A DNA stretch of 64,000 nucleotides from a virus, in IMG/VR virus record IMGVR_UViG_3300032220_001356, positions 1 through 64,000 of that record. One strand, written 5' to 3'. The first letter of the stretch is position 1. Every line of letters begins with the position of its first letter. Below are positions 34,642 through 45,263 of the stretch, piece by piece. A program made the position numbers and the translations under genes. A model generated the notes under the pieces. That model saw nothing but the letters and a program-made list of their open reading frames with translations. It did not search any database and was not told the DNA's origin.

Positions 34642-35567
34642 TGAAAAATTTAAAAGTTAATTTTGTTGATTTTTGGGATAATTTTGATAAAGTTGATAAC
34701 TATTTTTTTCATTTGTTATCAAACAACTATAATGTAGAAATTTCCGAAAATCCAGATGTTTTGTTCTTTTCAGTCGATTATGCAAAAAGAAAAGAAAGAG
34801 ACAAATATGTTAATCATAATTGTAAAAAAGTCTTTTTTACTGGAGAGAACATAAGACCCAACTTTTTTGTTCCCGGTTCTGTAGAATATCCCAGATATAG
34901 CATAGGTAAATGCGATTTTTCTTTTTCTTTTGATAATATGAATTTTTATAAAAACTATAGATTACCATTATGGATTTTGTACATAAATTGGTTTAATGTT
35001 CCGCACAACGATAACAGGGACCAATCTTATTTAATACCATTAGATAATATATTAAATAAACAATTTTTTAATCCAAATAAGTTTTGTAATTTTGTTTTTT
35101 CTAATAATCAAGGTAAAAGATTAGACATTCTTAATCATCTTAAAAAATACAAAAACATTGATTGTGCTGGAAGATTAGAAAATAATGTAAACTTTTCTAT
35201 TCTTGGTAGAGGTGACCAAAAATATAAAATTGATTTTATAAAAAACTATAAGTTTACAATTGCAGCAGAAAACTCTAAAACCGATGGTTACACAACTGAA
35301 AAAATAATTCATCCTTTATCGGTTGGTAGTATACCAATTTACTGGGGTTCATCAACAGTAAATAATGATTTTAATAAACAATGCTTTATTAACGTTGATA
35401 GTTTTTCAAACCTTGATGAATTGGTAGAGTATGTTATATATGTTGATAATTCAAAACAAGAATATGAAAAAATAATCAATGCTCCAATTTTTCCAAATAA
35501 TAAAATACCAGAACAATTCATGCCCGATTCAATATTAAAATACTTTGAGGATTACATACTATGCTAA
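34641..35567 (+). CDS. Alpha-1,3-fucosyltransferase-like (GT10)
   Basis: FFTGEN, FCNFVFSN, YKFTIAAENSKTDGYTTEKI...IPIYWG. Confidence 0.9.
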   Translation: MKNLKVNFVDFWDNFDKVDNYFFHLLSNNYNVEISENPDVLFFSVDYAKRKERDKYVNHNCKKVFFTGENIRPNFFVPGSVEYPRYSIGKCDFSFSFDNMNFYKNYRLPLWILYINWFNVPHNDNRDQSYLIPLDNILNKQFFNPNKFCNFVFSNNQGKRLDILNHLKKYKNIDCAGRLENNVNFSILGRGDQKYKIDFIKNYKFTIAAENSKTDGYTTEKIIHPLSVGSIPIYWGSSTVNNDFNKQCFINVDSFSNLDELVEYVIYVDNSKQEYEKIINAPIFPNNKIPEQFMPDSILKYFEDYILC

Positions 35568-36241
35568 ATGTAGAAAAAGTTTATATTGCTCATTACACAA
35601 AACTTATTGAAAGAAAACAAAGATTAGATGGTATCTTAAGAGAAAATGGAATAAAAGCAGAATATGTTTTTGATTTTGATAAAGACGTATTGACTGATGA
35701 CATAATAAAAGAATATTATGTTTGTGATGAACAAAGTTATAATAATACTATTTCAAAAATTTATAAAAATGGCTCATTTAGAAAACTTAACTTGGCAGAA
35801 ATTTCACTAACTATTAAGCATTGTTATATAATGAAAAAAATAAGTAATGAATGTAAGGATTATGCTTTGGTCTTAGAAGATGATGTAGTTTTTGAAGATA
35901 GTTTTGTTGATAAATTCAACGATTATCTTTCTAAAACTCCAAACGATTGGGATGTTATTTTTTTGGGCAATTGCTGTGGTCTAAGAATTCCAAAAGAACA
36001 GATTGTCGAAGGAAAAGTTGCTTATGTAAAACAACATCCAGCGTCTAAATGTACTGACTCATTTTTAATTAAGAAGGAATTGGCAGAAAAGTTATCAAAA
36101 ACAATGAAGCCATTTAATACTATTTGCGATTGGGAATATTCGTATCAATTTTATTTACACAACGCAAAAGTTTATTGGTGGGAGCCTACATTGGTTACAC
36201 AAGGTTCTGAAAATGGTCTTTATAAATCGGTATTGCGATGA
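35561..36241 (+). CDS. Glycosyltransferase family 25-like
   Basis: ER; EISLTIKH; LVLEDD; WDVIFLG. Confidence 0.82.
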   Translation: MLNVEKVYIAHYTKLIERKQRLDGILRENGIKAEYVFDFDKDVLTDDIIKEYYVCDEQSYNNTISKIYKNGSFRKLNLAEISLTIKHCYIMKKISNECKDYALVLEDDVVFEDSFVDKFNDYLSKTPNDWDVIFLGNCCGLRIPKEQIVEGKVAYVKQHPASKCTDSFLIKKELAEKLSKTMKPFNTICDWEYSYQFYLHNAKVYWWEPTLVTQGSENGLYKSVLR

Positions 36242-37359
36242 AAAAAATAAAAATTGCCTTTATTAAATTCGGCGGTTTATCTGCTGGTGGAACTGAAAAA
36301 TACCTACAAACACTTGCTGCTAATTTACCAAAACAACAATTTGAGGTTGACTATTATTATACTGACGGCGTACCATTAGTTGGTAATAATTGGAAGCACC
36401 CAAATACTGACAAAGATAGAGTTGAATATATGCTCTCTAATAACATAAATATTATTCATGTTAATTGTGAAGCAAGGGATGATAGATTTGGCCCACCATA
36501 TGTTTGGATAAATTCAAATTTTTTTGAATTATTTAACTCAAAAAAATACGACATAATCCAAACAGGTCGTTCTGGGTATCAAGAATATCCTTTTTGTTCC
36601 ATGAATAATGAAATATTCGTTGATAGTATACATGGCTATGGAGCACAGGGTATTGAAAAAAGAGATAACATTATTAAGACTGTTTTGCTTTCAAACACGC
36701 AAATAAAAAATTGGATTAGTAATGGTGGTGAAGAAAATAAAATTGTTTGTATTCCCCCTTTAATAGAGTTTCCAAAAAAACCTTTTATTTCACTAAGAAA
36801 GCAACTTAATATTAATGAAGATGTGTTTATTTATGGAATGCATCAAGGCAATAGAGAAGATATTTTCTCTGACATTCCACTTCAAGCATACAAACAAATA
36901 GAAAATGAAAAAACTTTGTTTTTAATGTTAGGTGGAGCACAAAAATATAGAAATCAAGCGCAACAATTGAATATAAAAAATATAAAATTTTTAGATTTCA
37001 ATGGTGATTCAAAATACATTAATGATTTTGTTTATACACTAGATGTTTTTTCACACGGTAGGTTTGATGGTGAAGTATGCTCTGCGGCAATTATTGAAGC
37101 GTTATATCATGGCAAGCCAATTATTAGCCACCCAGCAATTAATAATGGTCATTTTGAGCAAATTGATGGTTGTGGTTTTATAGCACATTCTATTGATGAA
37201 TATTCTAAAAAAATGCAACTTCTTTTTGACAACAAACAGATATATGATATATTGACAATGAACTGTTTATTAAAATATAATAATGTTTATAGTTTTGAAA
37301 AAAGTATAGACAAATACATCTCTTTATACAAGGAAATTGTTTATGAAAGAAACATATAG
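36238..37359 (+). CDS. Glycosyltransferase, GT4-like
   Basis: GGTEK; DVFSHGRFDGEVCSAAIIEALYHGKPII. Confidence 0.82.
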   Translation: MKKIKIAFIKFGGLSAGGTEKYLQTLAANLPKQQFEVDYYYTDGVPLVGNNWKHPNTDKDRVEYMLSNNINIIHVNCEARDDRFGPPYVWINSNFFELFNSKKYDIIQTGRSGYQEYPFCSMNNEIFVDSIHGYGAQGIEKRDNIIKTVLLSNTQIKNWISNGGEENKIVCIPPLIEFPKKPFISLRKQLNINEDVFIYGMHQGNREDIFSDIPLQAYKQIENEKTLFLMLGGAQKYRNQAQQLNIKNIKFLDFNGDSKYINDFVYTLDVFSHGRFDGEVCSAAIIEALYHGKPIISHPAINNGHFEQIDGCGFIAHSIDEYSKKMQLLFDNKQIYDILTMNCLLKYNNVYSFEKSIDKYISLYKEIVYERNI

Positions 37360-37924
37360 TCAATATATCTCAAATTATTTGGAAGAAGTTGTTCTAATTG
37401 CTAACAAAATTTCAAAAGATAATCTTTTGGGTTTTGTAAATGAAATAAAAAATCTTAAAAATTCACAAGGAAGATTGTTTATTTTTGGTGTTGGTGGTAG
37501 TGCTGCCAATGCTTCACACGCTGTTAATGATTTTAGAAAAATTTTAAATATTGAAACTTATTCTCCATTAGATAATGTTTCTGAATTAACAGCAAGAATA
37601 AACGACGAAAGTTGGGATGTAAGTCTGGTAAATTGGCTAAAAGTATCAAAACTCAATAAATCAGATGCAATTTTAATTTTTTCTGTTGGTGGTGGCTCTG
37701 ATACTACATCTAAAAACTTAGTTAAAGTTATGGAATATGCAAAACTTAATAATTGCAAAATTCTTTCCGTTGTTAGTAGAGATGGTGGATATGCCAAACA
37801 ATTATCTGATGTATGTGTTATGATACCTGTGTTTGCTGACAACAGAATCACGCCACACGCTGAAGAATGGCAAGCAGTAGTGTGGCATATGATAGTTAGT
37901 TGCATTTCTAATGTTGAAGGATAA
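37343..37924 (+). CDS. gmhA: SIS-domain phosphoheptose isomerase-like protein
   Basis: GVGGSAANASHAVNDF, TARIND, SVGG, HAE..Q...H. Confidence 0.8.
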   Translation: MKETYSQYISNYLEEVVLIANKISKDNLLGFVNEIKNLKNSQGRLFIFGVGGSAANASHAVNDFRKILNIETYSPLDNVSELTARINDESWDVSLVNWLKVSKLNKSDAILIFSVGGGSDTTSKNLVKVMEYAKLNNCKILSVVSRDGGYAKQLSDVCVMIPVFADNRITPHAEEWQAVVWHMIVSCISNVEG

Positions 37925-37928
37925 TAAA

Positions 37929-38630
37929 ATGAAAATCAAGATTTACTCAGATGGTGCCAATATCAACGAAATGATTGAGGCATATAACAACAAAACAGTT
38001 CAAGGATTTACAACTAACCCAACTCTCATGAGTAAGGCTGGTATTAAGGATTATAAAGGGTTTGCTATAGATGTTTTAAATAATATTAAAGATATGCCAA
38101 TTTCATTTGAAGTATTTTCTGATACTTTTGATGAAATGTATAAACAAGCAAAAATTTTAAATTCTCTTGGCGATAATGTATACGTTAAAATTCCAATTAT
38201 GAACACAAAAGGGAAGCCTTCATATAAACTCATAAATAAACTAGATTCTGAAAAAGTAAAATTAAATATTACTGCTGTTTTCACAACGAATCAAGTTTCT
38301 CGTATTCTAAAAAACGTCGATGGAACTACTGCTCATATTATATCCATTTTTGCAGGTAGAATAGCAGATACAGGTATCGACCCAACTCCCATTATGAAAA
38401 AGAGTCTAAAGAAAATAAAATCACATAGTCAATTATTACAACTTTTATGGGCTAGTCCAAGAGAGGTGCTAAATATTTATCAAGCCGATAAAATTGGATG
38501 CGATATTATTACAGTAACTCCTTCTACATTAGACAAACTTTCGTTATCTAATAAAGACTTGAATGAATTTTCTAGAGAAACAGTTGAAATGTTTTACAAT
38601 GACGCTTTAAAGTCGGGATTTTCTCTATGA
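37929..38630 (+). CDS. tal: Transaldolase
   Basis: GFTTNPTL, SFEV, VYVKIP, NITAVFT, SIFAGRIAD, LWASPR. Confidence 0.88.
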   Translation: MKIKIYSDGANINEMIEAYNNKTVQGFTTNPTLMSKAGIKDYKGFAIDVLNNIKDMPISFEVFSDTFDEMYKQAKILNSLGDNVYVKIPIMNTKGKPSYKLINKLDSEKVKLNITAVFTTNQVSRILKNVDGTTAHIISIFAGRIADTGIDPTPIMKKSLKKIKSHSQLLQLLWASPREVLNIYQADKIGCDIITVTPSTLDKLSLSNKDLNEFSRETVEMFYNDALKSGFSL

Positions 38631-39604
38631 TTATTGCTAAAGCACCACTTAGAATAACTCTTGCCGGAGGAGGTACTGATTTACCAGATTTTTATACAAA
38701 GTTTGGCGGCTCCGTTACAAGTATGGCAATTGACAAACATATTTTTGTTAGTTTTAAGAGAAATATATTAGATAATTTGGTTAGGCTTCGTTATTTAAAA
38801 ACTGAAGAAGTAGAAACTATTAACAAACTAAGCAATGAAAGAGCGAGAGAATCATTGAAACATTTTAAAATTTTTGACCAATGTGAAATTACTAGTATTG
38901 GAGATTTACCTGCAAGCACAGGCTTGGGTTCATCTGGTAGTTATATTGTTTCATTAATTACTGCTATTCAACAATATAAAAAACTAAATATGTCCAAACA
39001 TGACATTGCTGAATTGGCTTGTAAAATTGAAATGGAAGAATTAAATGAACCAGTTGGTAAACAAGACCAGTTTATTGCTTCTTATGGTGGTATAAAAACA
39101 TTTAATATCGATACCAACGGTAATGTAGAAGTTGAAAATTTTGATTTTAGTTCTGATGATTTAAAACATTTCATACAAAATAATAGAATTTACTATACTG
39201 GAATTCAAAGAAGTGCTTCTGAAGTTTTAAAATCTCAAAAAACAAATCAAACAAACTTTGAAGATAAAATGAAAAAAATAAGTGATTTAAGTTTAAAGTT
39301 TGTTACTGCATTAAAACAAAAAAATTATGATTATTATGGTCAATTGTTAAATGAACATTGGATGCAAAAAAAAGCACTTTCTCCTTGTATGACAACCAAT
39401 AATGTTGAACAAATTTATTATGATTTGATGAATAATAATAAAATATTTGGTGGCAAAATTATTGGTGCAGGCGGTGGAGGATTTTTGTTGGTATATTGTA
39501 ATAAAGACCATTCATATGTAGATAATTATATGCAATCAAAGGGTATGCTTAGATTGGACTATAATGTTGATTTTGATGGTGCAAATATTGTTTATGAGTC
39601 ATAA
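38627..39604 (+). CDS. hddA: GHMP sugar kinase, HddA-like (heptose-7-phosphate kinase)
   Basis: APLRITLAGGGTD, PASTGLGSSGS, GKQDQ, KIIGAGGGGF. Confidence 0.82.
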   Translation: MIIAKAPLRITLAGGGTDLPDFYTKFGGSVTSMAIDKHIFVSFKRNILDNLVRLRYLKTEEVETINKLSNERARESLKHFKIFDQCEITSIGDLPASTGLGSSGSYIVSLITAIQQYKKLNMSKHDIAELACKIEMEELNEPVGKQDQFIASYGGIKTFNIDTNGNVEVENFDFSSDDLKHFIQNNRIYYTGIQRSASEVLKSQKTNQTNFEDKMKKISDLSLKFVTALKQKNYDYYGQLLNEHWMQKKALSPCMTTNNVEQIYYDLMNNNKIFGGKIIGAGGGGFLLVYCNKDHSYVDNYMQSKGMLRLDYNVDFDGANIVYES

Positions 39605-40307
39605 CATGGTTTATTGCTTCGATATAGATAACACCATTTGTATTACCAATGGAAATGATTATAAAAATGCTGTTCCAATCAAAAAGGCAGTAGACGAAAT
39701 CAACAAGTTATATCAAGATAATAATATAATCAAACTCTTTACAGCCAGAGGTACAACATCTAAAATTGATTGGACAGAGTTTACTATAAATCAACTTTCA
39801 CAATGGGGTTTAAAATATCATGAACTAATCATGAATATTAAGCCTAGTTTTGATTTGTTAATTGATGATAGAGCAATTAATGCAAATGATTGGCTAAAAA
39901 CAATTGATAAAAAAGTAGGTTTTTTGGCTGGTTCCTTTGACTTAATACATCCGGGCTATATTTTAATGTTTCAAGATGCCAAAAAGTATTGTAATCATCT
40001 AATAGTCGGATTACAGACTGACCCAACTATGGATAGACCAACTAAAAATAAACCAGTTCAAACAATAGAAGAGAGAAAAATCATTCTTTCTTCAATTAAA
40101 TATATTGATGAAATTATTATATATGAAACTGAAAAAGATTTATATAATTTGTTGAAAAATAACAAAATTGATATTAGAATATTAGGTAGCGATTATGAAG
40201 ATAAGATATACAATGGTTATGATTTAAATATACCTGTTTATTTTCATAAAAGAAATCACGATTGGTCTACAACTAATTTAAAAAATAAAATAAGGAATTC
40301 ATTATGA
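39594..40307 (+). CDS. HAD phosphatase + TagD-like cytidylyltransferase fusion
   Basis: FDIDNT, FTARG, KP..IDD (HAD); GSFDLIHPGY, LQTDP, ER, LGSDY, STT (HIGH-family). Confidence 0.82.
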   Translation: MSHNMVYCFDIDNTICITNGNDYKNAVPIKKAVDEINKLYQDNNIIKLFTARGTTSKIDWTEFTINQLSQWGLKYHELIMNIKPSFDLLIDDRAINANDWLKTIDKKVGFLAGSFDLIHPGYILMFQDAKKYCNHLIVGLQTDPTMDRPTKNKPVQTIEERKIILSSIKYIDEIIIYETEKDLYNLLKNNKIDIRILGSDYEDKIYNGYDLNIPVYFHKRNHDWSTTNLKNKIRNSL

Positions 40308-41209
40308 AAAAAGCAATTGTTACAGGCGGTAATGGTTTTATTGGTAGTAACTTAGTTGATAATTTGGTAGATTTAGGAATCGAAACTATTGTTATCGATA
40401 ATAATTCTGCTGAATGTAACGAAAGATTCTATTTCAATGAAAAAGCAAAAAATTACAAATATGACATTTGTGATTATGATAAAATTCTTCCCTTATTTAA
40501 GGGCGTTGATGTTGTATTTCATTTAGCAGCAGAATCCAGAATTCAACCATCAATTCTTAATCCAACATATGCAACAAAAGTAAATGTTTTAGGAACTTGT
40601 AATATTTTACAAGCCGCAAGAGAAAATAACGTAGACAGAGTTATTTATTCTTCAACGTCTGCTGGTTATGGCTTGAAAAATTCGCCCCCTCTCAGAGAAG
40701 ATATGCCAAAAGATTGTCTAAATCCATATTCTGTTACCAAGTGTGCTGGCGAAGAACTTTGTGTTATGTACAATAACTTGTTTGGTCTTAAAACTATCTC
40801 ACTCAGATATTTTAACGTATATGGTAATAGAGAACCAGTTAAGGGGCAATATGCGCCAGTAGTTGGTTTGTTTTTGAGACAATTTAGAAACAACGAAGCA
40901 ATGACCGTTGTTGGTGATGGACTACAAAGAAGAGATTTTACAAATGTGCAAGATGTAGTTCAAGCAAATATTCTTGCCGGTACTACTACAAATTTACAAG
41001 CATTTGGAGAAGTTTATAATGTAGGTACTGGTATTAACCATTCTGTACTGGAATTGGCACAATTTATTGGTGGTAAATACGAATTTATTGATTCACGAAT
41101 TGGTGAAGCACGAAACACATTAGCAGATAATAGTAAAATTAAAAATTATCTAAATTGGCAACCAAAAGTTGATTTTCTTGATTATCTTAAAAAGGAACTT
41201 AATAAATGA
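40304..41209 (+). CDS. NAD-dependent NDP-sugar epimerase/dehydratase
   Basis: TGGNGFIG, HLAA, YSVTK, RYFNVYG, RDF. Confidence 0.9.
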   Translation: MKKAIVTGGNGFIGSNLVDNLVDLGIETIVIDNNSAECNERFYFNEKAKNYKYDICDYDKILPLFKGVDVVFHLAAESRIQPSILNPTYATKVNVLGTCNILQAARENNVDRVIYSSTSAGYGLKNSPPLREDMPKDCLNPYSVTKCAGEELCVMYNNLFGLKTISLRYFNVYGNREPVKGQYAPVVGLFLRQFRNNEAMTVVGDGLQRRDFTNVQDVVQANILAGTTTNLQAFGEVYNVGTGINHSVLELAQFIGGKYEFIDSRIGEARNTLADNSKIKNYLNWQPKVDFLDYLKKELNK

Positions 41210-41970
41210 TTTCAGATGATAATATAGTTTTTAATGAAAATTATAAATGTAATTTTTGTACTGATGGTCGTGCATATCAAACGGTTGAAAATTATGCAAG
41301 ATATAGTTTTCCATATTTTTCAAATAAAAAAGATGATGAAGTAAAAACTATTTTAGTTATTGGAGCGTATGAAGGGCAAGAAATAACTTATTATTTGCAT
41401 AAATACAAAAATGCAACAATTTACGCTTTTGAACCAATTGAGAGCGTGTTCAATAGATTAGTTAATACTTTTGGAAGCATTGAGAGAGTTAAACTTTACA
41501 ATTTTGCAGTTGCAGATTTTACAGGAGAAAGTAATTTTTATATTTTATCTAGTAATTTAAATAATACTGCCGATGGTAGCAGTAGTTTGCTGGAATTCCA
41601 CGCAGATAAATTGGGGCACAACTATAAAATTGGCAATATTGTAAAAGTAAAAACAATTAAATTAGATGATATTGAAGAGTTGAGCAACAAAGACATAGAT
41701 TATATGCAAGTTGATGTTCAAGGTGCCGAACTTTTAGTGCTAAAAGGTTCAACTAAAATTTTAAAAAATGTAAAAACATTAATGTTAGAAGTTAAAACCG
41801 AAGAATACACCGAAGCATGGGACGCACCAGACTTTCAAATGTACAAAGGTATGTGTTATCTACAAGATTTAATTGACTTTCTTAAATATTTTAATATTAA
41901 ACCATATTTAGTTGGCGTAGATAACGAAAGTAAAAACGGACAAGGAAATTCATTTTGGATTAGGAGTTAA
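41206..41970 (+). CDS. FkbM-family methyltransferase
   Basis: IGAYEG, AFEP, SSSLL, VDVQGAELLVLKG. Confidence 0.85.
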   Translation: MISDDNIVFNENYKCNFCTDGRAYQTVENYARYSFPYFSNKKDDEVKTILVIGAYEGQEITYYLHKYKNATIYAFEPIESVFNRLVNTFGSIERVKLYNFAVADFTGESNFYILSSNLNNTADGSSSLLEFHADKLGHNYKIGNIVKVKTIKLDDIEELSNKDIDYMQVDVQGAELLVLKGSTKILKNVKTLMLEVKTEEYTEAWDAPDFQMYKGMCYLQDLIDFLKYFNIKPYLVGVDNESKNGQGNSFWIRS

Positions 41971-41971
41971 A

Positions 41972-42658
41972 ATGAACGTAGAAGAAATGATAGACAAAAT
42001 TTTGTTTGATACAAAAAATAAAGCAAAAAGAATTGCTAAATGGGATTATCATCGTGAATATCTTACTGCTTGTTGTAGTGAAGTAACTATTGACGGTTTG
42101 TGGATGGAGTTTGGTGTATATAGAGGTAGAACAATTTCAACTATTGCCGAACAAACAACTAGCGATGTTTATGGGTTTGATTGTTTTGAGGGATTGCCAG
42201 AATTTTGGGATAATGAAAATCCAAAAGGTGTATATAGCGTTGGAGGAGAAATCCCATTAGGCGCTATCGATGGGCCAGCAGATATAAATCCCGGCATGTA
42301 CGAACCAGTACCAACAAGAGTTATGAAGCCTTGGGCTAAAAATATTAAACTTGTAAAAGGTCTTTTTGAAGATAGTTTACCAATATTTTTACAACAGCAT
42401 ACCGAACAAGCAGCATTTATCAATATTGATAGTGACTTGTATAGTTCTGCTAAAACTGTTCTTACACATTTAAAAGATAGAATTAAGCATGGCACTATTA
42501 TAACGTTTGACGAACTTGTAGATTATCCTACTTTCAGAGAGCATGAAATAAAAGCATTTGCAGAATTTTTGATTGATACTGGATTTTCTTATGAAGCATT
42601 ATACCATCAATCGTTGGCTAATTATAGTCAAGCTTGTTTTAGAATAATTAAGGAGTAA
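41972..42658 (+). CDS. TylF/MycF-like O-methyltransferase
   Basis: EFGVYRG, GFDCFEGLPE, KGLFEDSL, IDSDLYSS, FDE. Confidence 0.82.
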   Translation: MNVEEMIDKILFDTKNKAKRIAKWDYHREYLTACCSEVTIDGLWMEFGVYRGRTISTIAEQTTSDVYGFDCFEGLPEFWDNENPKGVYSVGGEIPLGAIDGPADINPGMYEPVPTRVMKPWAKNIKLVKGLFEDSLPIFLQQHTEQAAFINIDSDLYSSAKTVLTHLKDRIKHGTIITFDELVDYPTFREHEIKAFAEFLIDTGFSYEALYHQSLANYSQACFRIIKE

Positions 42659-42661
42659 TTT

Positions 42662-43309
42662 ATGTTTGAAAGACAACAAGGTTCAAAAACAAAAACCAAA
42701 AACCAAGAAACACATATTTTAGTTTACGATAGACATTTGGGTGGTTGTTCACTTACTGGCGATGGTGCTACATATTATCCAAGAATGTGGACATATATGG
42801 TTAATAAATTTAGCTTTAAATCTGCTATTGATATTGGATGTGGTGCAGGACATTCTACAGAATATTTTCAACATTTAGGATTAGAAATACATGGTGTAGA
42901 AGGCTGTAAGGAAGCAGCAGAAAATTGTCTAATTGATAAAAAATTTATTAAAATACATGATTACGAAAATGATGGTGCTTATGTACCGCATAAAGATTAT
43001 GATTTAGGGTGGTCATGTGAATTTGTTGAACACGTTGAAAAAAATTGTATGCAAAACTTTTTTGAAACATTTAAAAAATGTAAATATTTAGCTATTACTT
43101 ATGCTTATCCCGGTCAAGGTGGGCACCATCACGTTAATGAACAGCCAGAACAATTTTGGTTAAATGAAATATCAAAAATTGGATTTACATATGATGCCGA
43201 AACAACCGCAGAATTAAGAGAAATAGCTAGACAAGATTGCGAAGTTCACTCTCCTTTTTACACTTCACATTTTATTAATAGAGGCTTGTTTTTTAAAAGA
43301 AATTATTAG
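42662..43309 (+). CDS. Class I SAM-dependent methyltransferase
   Basis: IDIGCGAG, EFVEHV, PGQGGHHHVNEQ. Confidence 0.82.
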   Translation: MFERQQGSKTKTKNQETHILVYDRHLGGCSLTGDGATYYPRMWTYMVNKFSFKSAIDIGCGAGHSTEYFQHLGLEIHGVEGCKEAAENCLIDKKFIKIHDYENDGAYVPHKDYDLGWSCEFVEHVEKNCMQNFFETFKKCKYLAITYAYPGQGGHHHVNEQPEQFWLNEISKIGFTYDAETTAELREIARQDCEVHSPFYTSHFINRGLFFKRNY

Positions 43310-43365
43310 AAATTTTTTTCATAATAATATATGATATTATAAAAAAAATAACAAAGAGAAAATAA

Positions 43366-44286
43366 ATGATTTTAGTTACTGGTGGCTCTGGAATGGTTGG
43401 AAAAGCTTTAATGCAATCTATTCCAGATGCTTTTTATATATCTTCTGACAATTGTAATTTAACAAGCGAAAACGACACCAAATATATGTTTAAGCACTTA
43501 AAGCCAACGAAGGTAATCCATCTTGCTGCAAAAGTCGGTGGTGTAAAAGCAAACATGGAACAACTTGGTGAATTTTATACAGATAACATAAGAATTAATA
43601 CAAACGTTTTACACTATTCTATGGTTTATAAAGTTGAAAAAGTTCTTTCCCTATTAAGTACCTGTATATACCCAGATAATGTCACATATCCTCTTACAGA
43701 AGAACAAATACATAATGGGCCACCACACGAATCTAATTTTGCTTATGCATATGCAAAAAGAATGATTGATATTCAATCAAGAGCATATAGAAAGCAATAT
43801 GGCTGCAATTTTATTACTGCTGTGCCAAACAATTTATTTGGAGAGGATGATAATTTTGATTTAAATAACTCTCATGTTATTCCTGCAATTATTAGAAAAA
43901 TGTATGAAGCAAAACAAAAAAATGAAGATGTTGTTTTGTGGGGGGATGGAACTCCGTTGCGTGAATTTACATATTCAAAAGATTTGGCACAAACATTGAT
44001 GTTTCTTCTTGATAACTATGATGGTGAAAATCCAATTAATGTTGGAAACACTAACAATTACTCAATTAAGCAAATTGCAGAATTAATAGCATTAAAATTA
44101 AAATATAAAGGAAATATTATTTGGGACACTTCCAAGCCAAGTGGGCAGTTTAAAAAACCTTCTGATAATTCAAAATTAATTGAACTTGGATTTGATAAAA
44201 ATGGTTATACTAATATAGATATTGCCTTGACAAATACTTGTAATTGGTTTACATTAAATTATCCAAATATTAGAGGAATTAAATGA
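43366..44286 (+). CDS. fcl: GDP-L-fucose synthase
   Basis: TGGSGMVG, HLAAKVGG, STCIYP, YAYAK, SHVIPA, WGDGTPLREF. Confidence 0.92.
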   Translation: MILVTGGSGMVGKALMQSIPDAFYISSDNCNLTSENDTKYMFKHLKPTKVIHLAAKVGGVKANMEQLGEFYTDNIRINTNVLHYSMVYKVEKVLSLLSTCIYPDNVTYPLTEEQIHNGPPHESNFAYAYAKRMIDIQSRAYRKQYGCNFITAVPNNLFGEDDNFDLNNSHVIPAIIRKMYEAKQKNEDVVLWGDGTPLREFTYSKDLAQTLMFLLDNYDGENPINVGNTNNYSIKQIAELIALKLKYKGNIIWDTSKPSGQFKKPSDNSKLIELGFDKNGYTNIDIALTNTCNWFTLNYPNIRGIK

Positions 44287-45263
44287 AAACTGCGCTAATA
44301 ACAGGCGTAACGGGACAAGATGGTTCCTATTTAGCAGAATTATTATTATCTAAAAACTACAAAGTTATTGGTCTTAAAAGAAGAACATCTTTGTTGTGTA
44401 CAGATAGAATTGATAAATTTTACAATCATCCAAATTTTGTACTTGAATATTTTGAATTAGATGACCCATCTTGCATGTATAGAATTTTAAGCAAATATAA
44501 ACCCGATGAAGTTTATAATCTTGCTGCTCAATCGCACGTTAGAGTATCGTTTGATATTCCACAAAGTACGATTAATACAATTGTGATGGGCACTTTAAAT
44601 CTTGTTGAAGCAGTACGAAATGTATGTCCACATGCAAAATTTTATCAAGCATCTTCATCTGAAATGTTTGGAGACAATCCAAATTTTCCCTATACTGAAG
44701 AAAGTAAGTTAACGCCAGCATCACCATATGCAAATGCAAAAGTATTTGCTCATAATTTAATGCGTAATTATAGAATGTCTTACAATATGTTCGCTTGTTC
44801 TGGTATTTTATTTAATCACGAATCTCCAAGGAGAGGCGAAACATTTGTAACAAGAAAAATTACTTTAGCAGCAGCAAAAATTAAATTTGGGCTACAAGAT
44901 AAATTGTATTTAGGAAACTTAGATGCTGTAAGAGATTGGGGATTTGCTGGCGATTATGTCGAAGCAATGTGGCTTATGTTACAACAAGAAAAAGCCGACG
45001 ACTACGTAATCGCAACTGGCAAAGCATATTCGGTTAGAGAGTTTTTAAACTTAGTTTTTGAGCACGCCGAATTGACAGTACAAAAATATGTCGAAACTGA
45101 TACAAGGTTGTTTAGACCACATGAAGTTCCATTTCTTTTGGGTGATTCTACAAAAGCACAAAATTTACTAAACTGGAAACCAAAAACAGATTTAAAAACA
45201 TTAGCTACCATGATGTATGAAGAAGACTTTAATAATATAAAAAAACAAATGGATAAAAAATGA
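44283..45263 (+). CDS. gmd: GDP-mannose 4,6-dehydratase
   Basis: ITGVTGQDGSYL, NLAAQSHV, QASSSE, FNHESPRRGETFVTRKI, RDWG. Confidence 0.95.
   Translation: MKTALITGVTGQDGSYLAELLLSKNYKVIGLKRRTSLLCTDRIDKFYNHPNFVLEYFELDDPSCMYRILSKYKPDEVYNLAAQSHVRVSFDIPQSTINTIVMGTLNLVEAVRNVCPHAKFYQASSSEMFGDNPNFPYTEESKLTPASPYANAKVFAHNLMRNYRMSYNMFACSGILFNHESPRRGETFVTRKITLAAAKIKFGLQDKLYLGNLDAVRDWGFAGDYVEAMWLMLQQEKADDYVIATGKAYSVREFLNLVFEHAELTVQKYVETDTRLFRPHEVPFLLGDSTKAQNLLNWKPKTDLKTLATMMYEEDFNNIKKQMDKK

Noticed and set aside
37929-38630. Cyanophage talC as evidence for a cyanobacterial host
   Set aside because: The gene sits inside a heptose cluster between gmhA-like and hddA-like genes, and no photosynthesis genes occur in this window.
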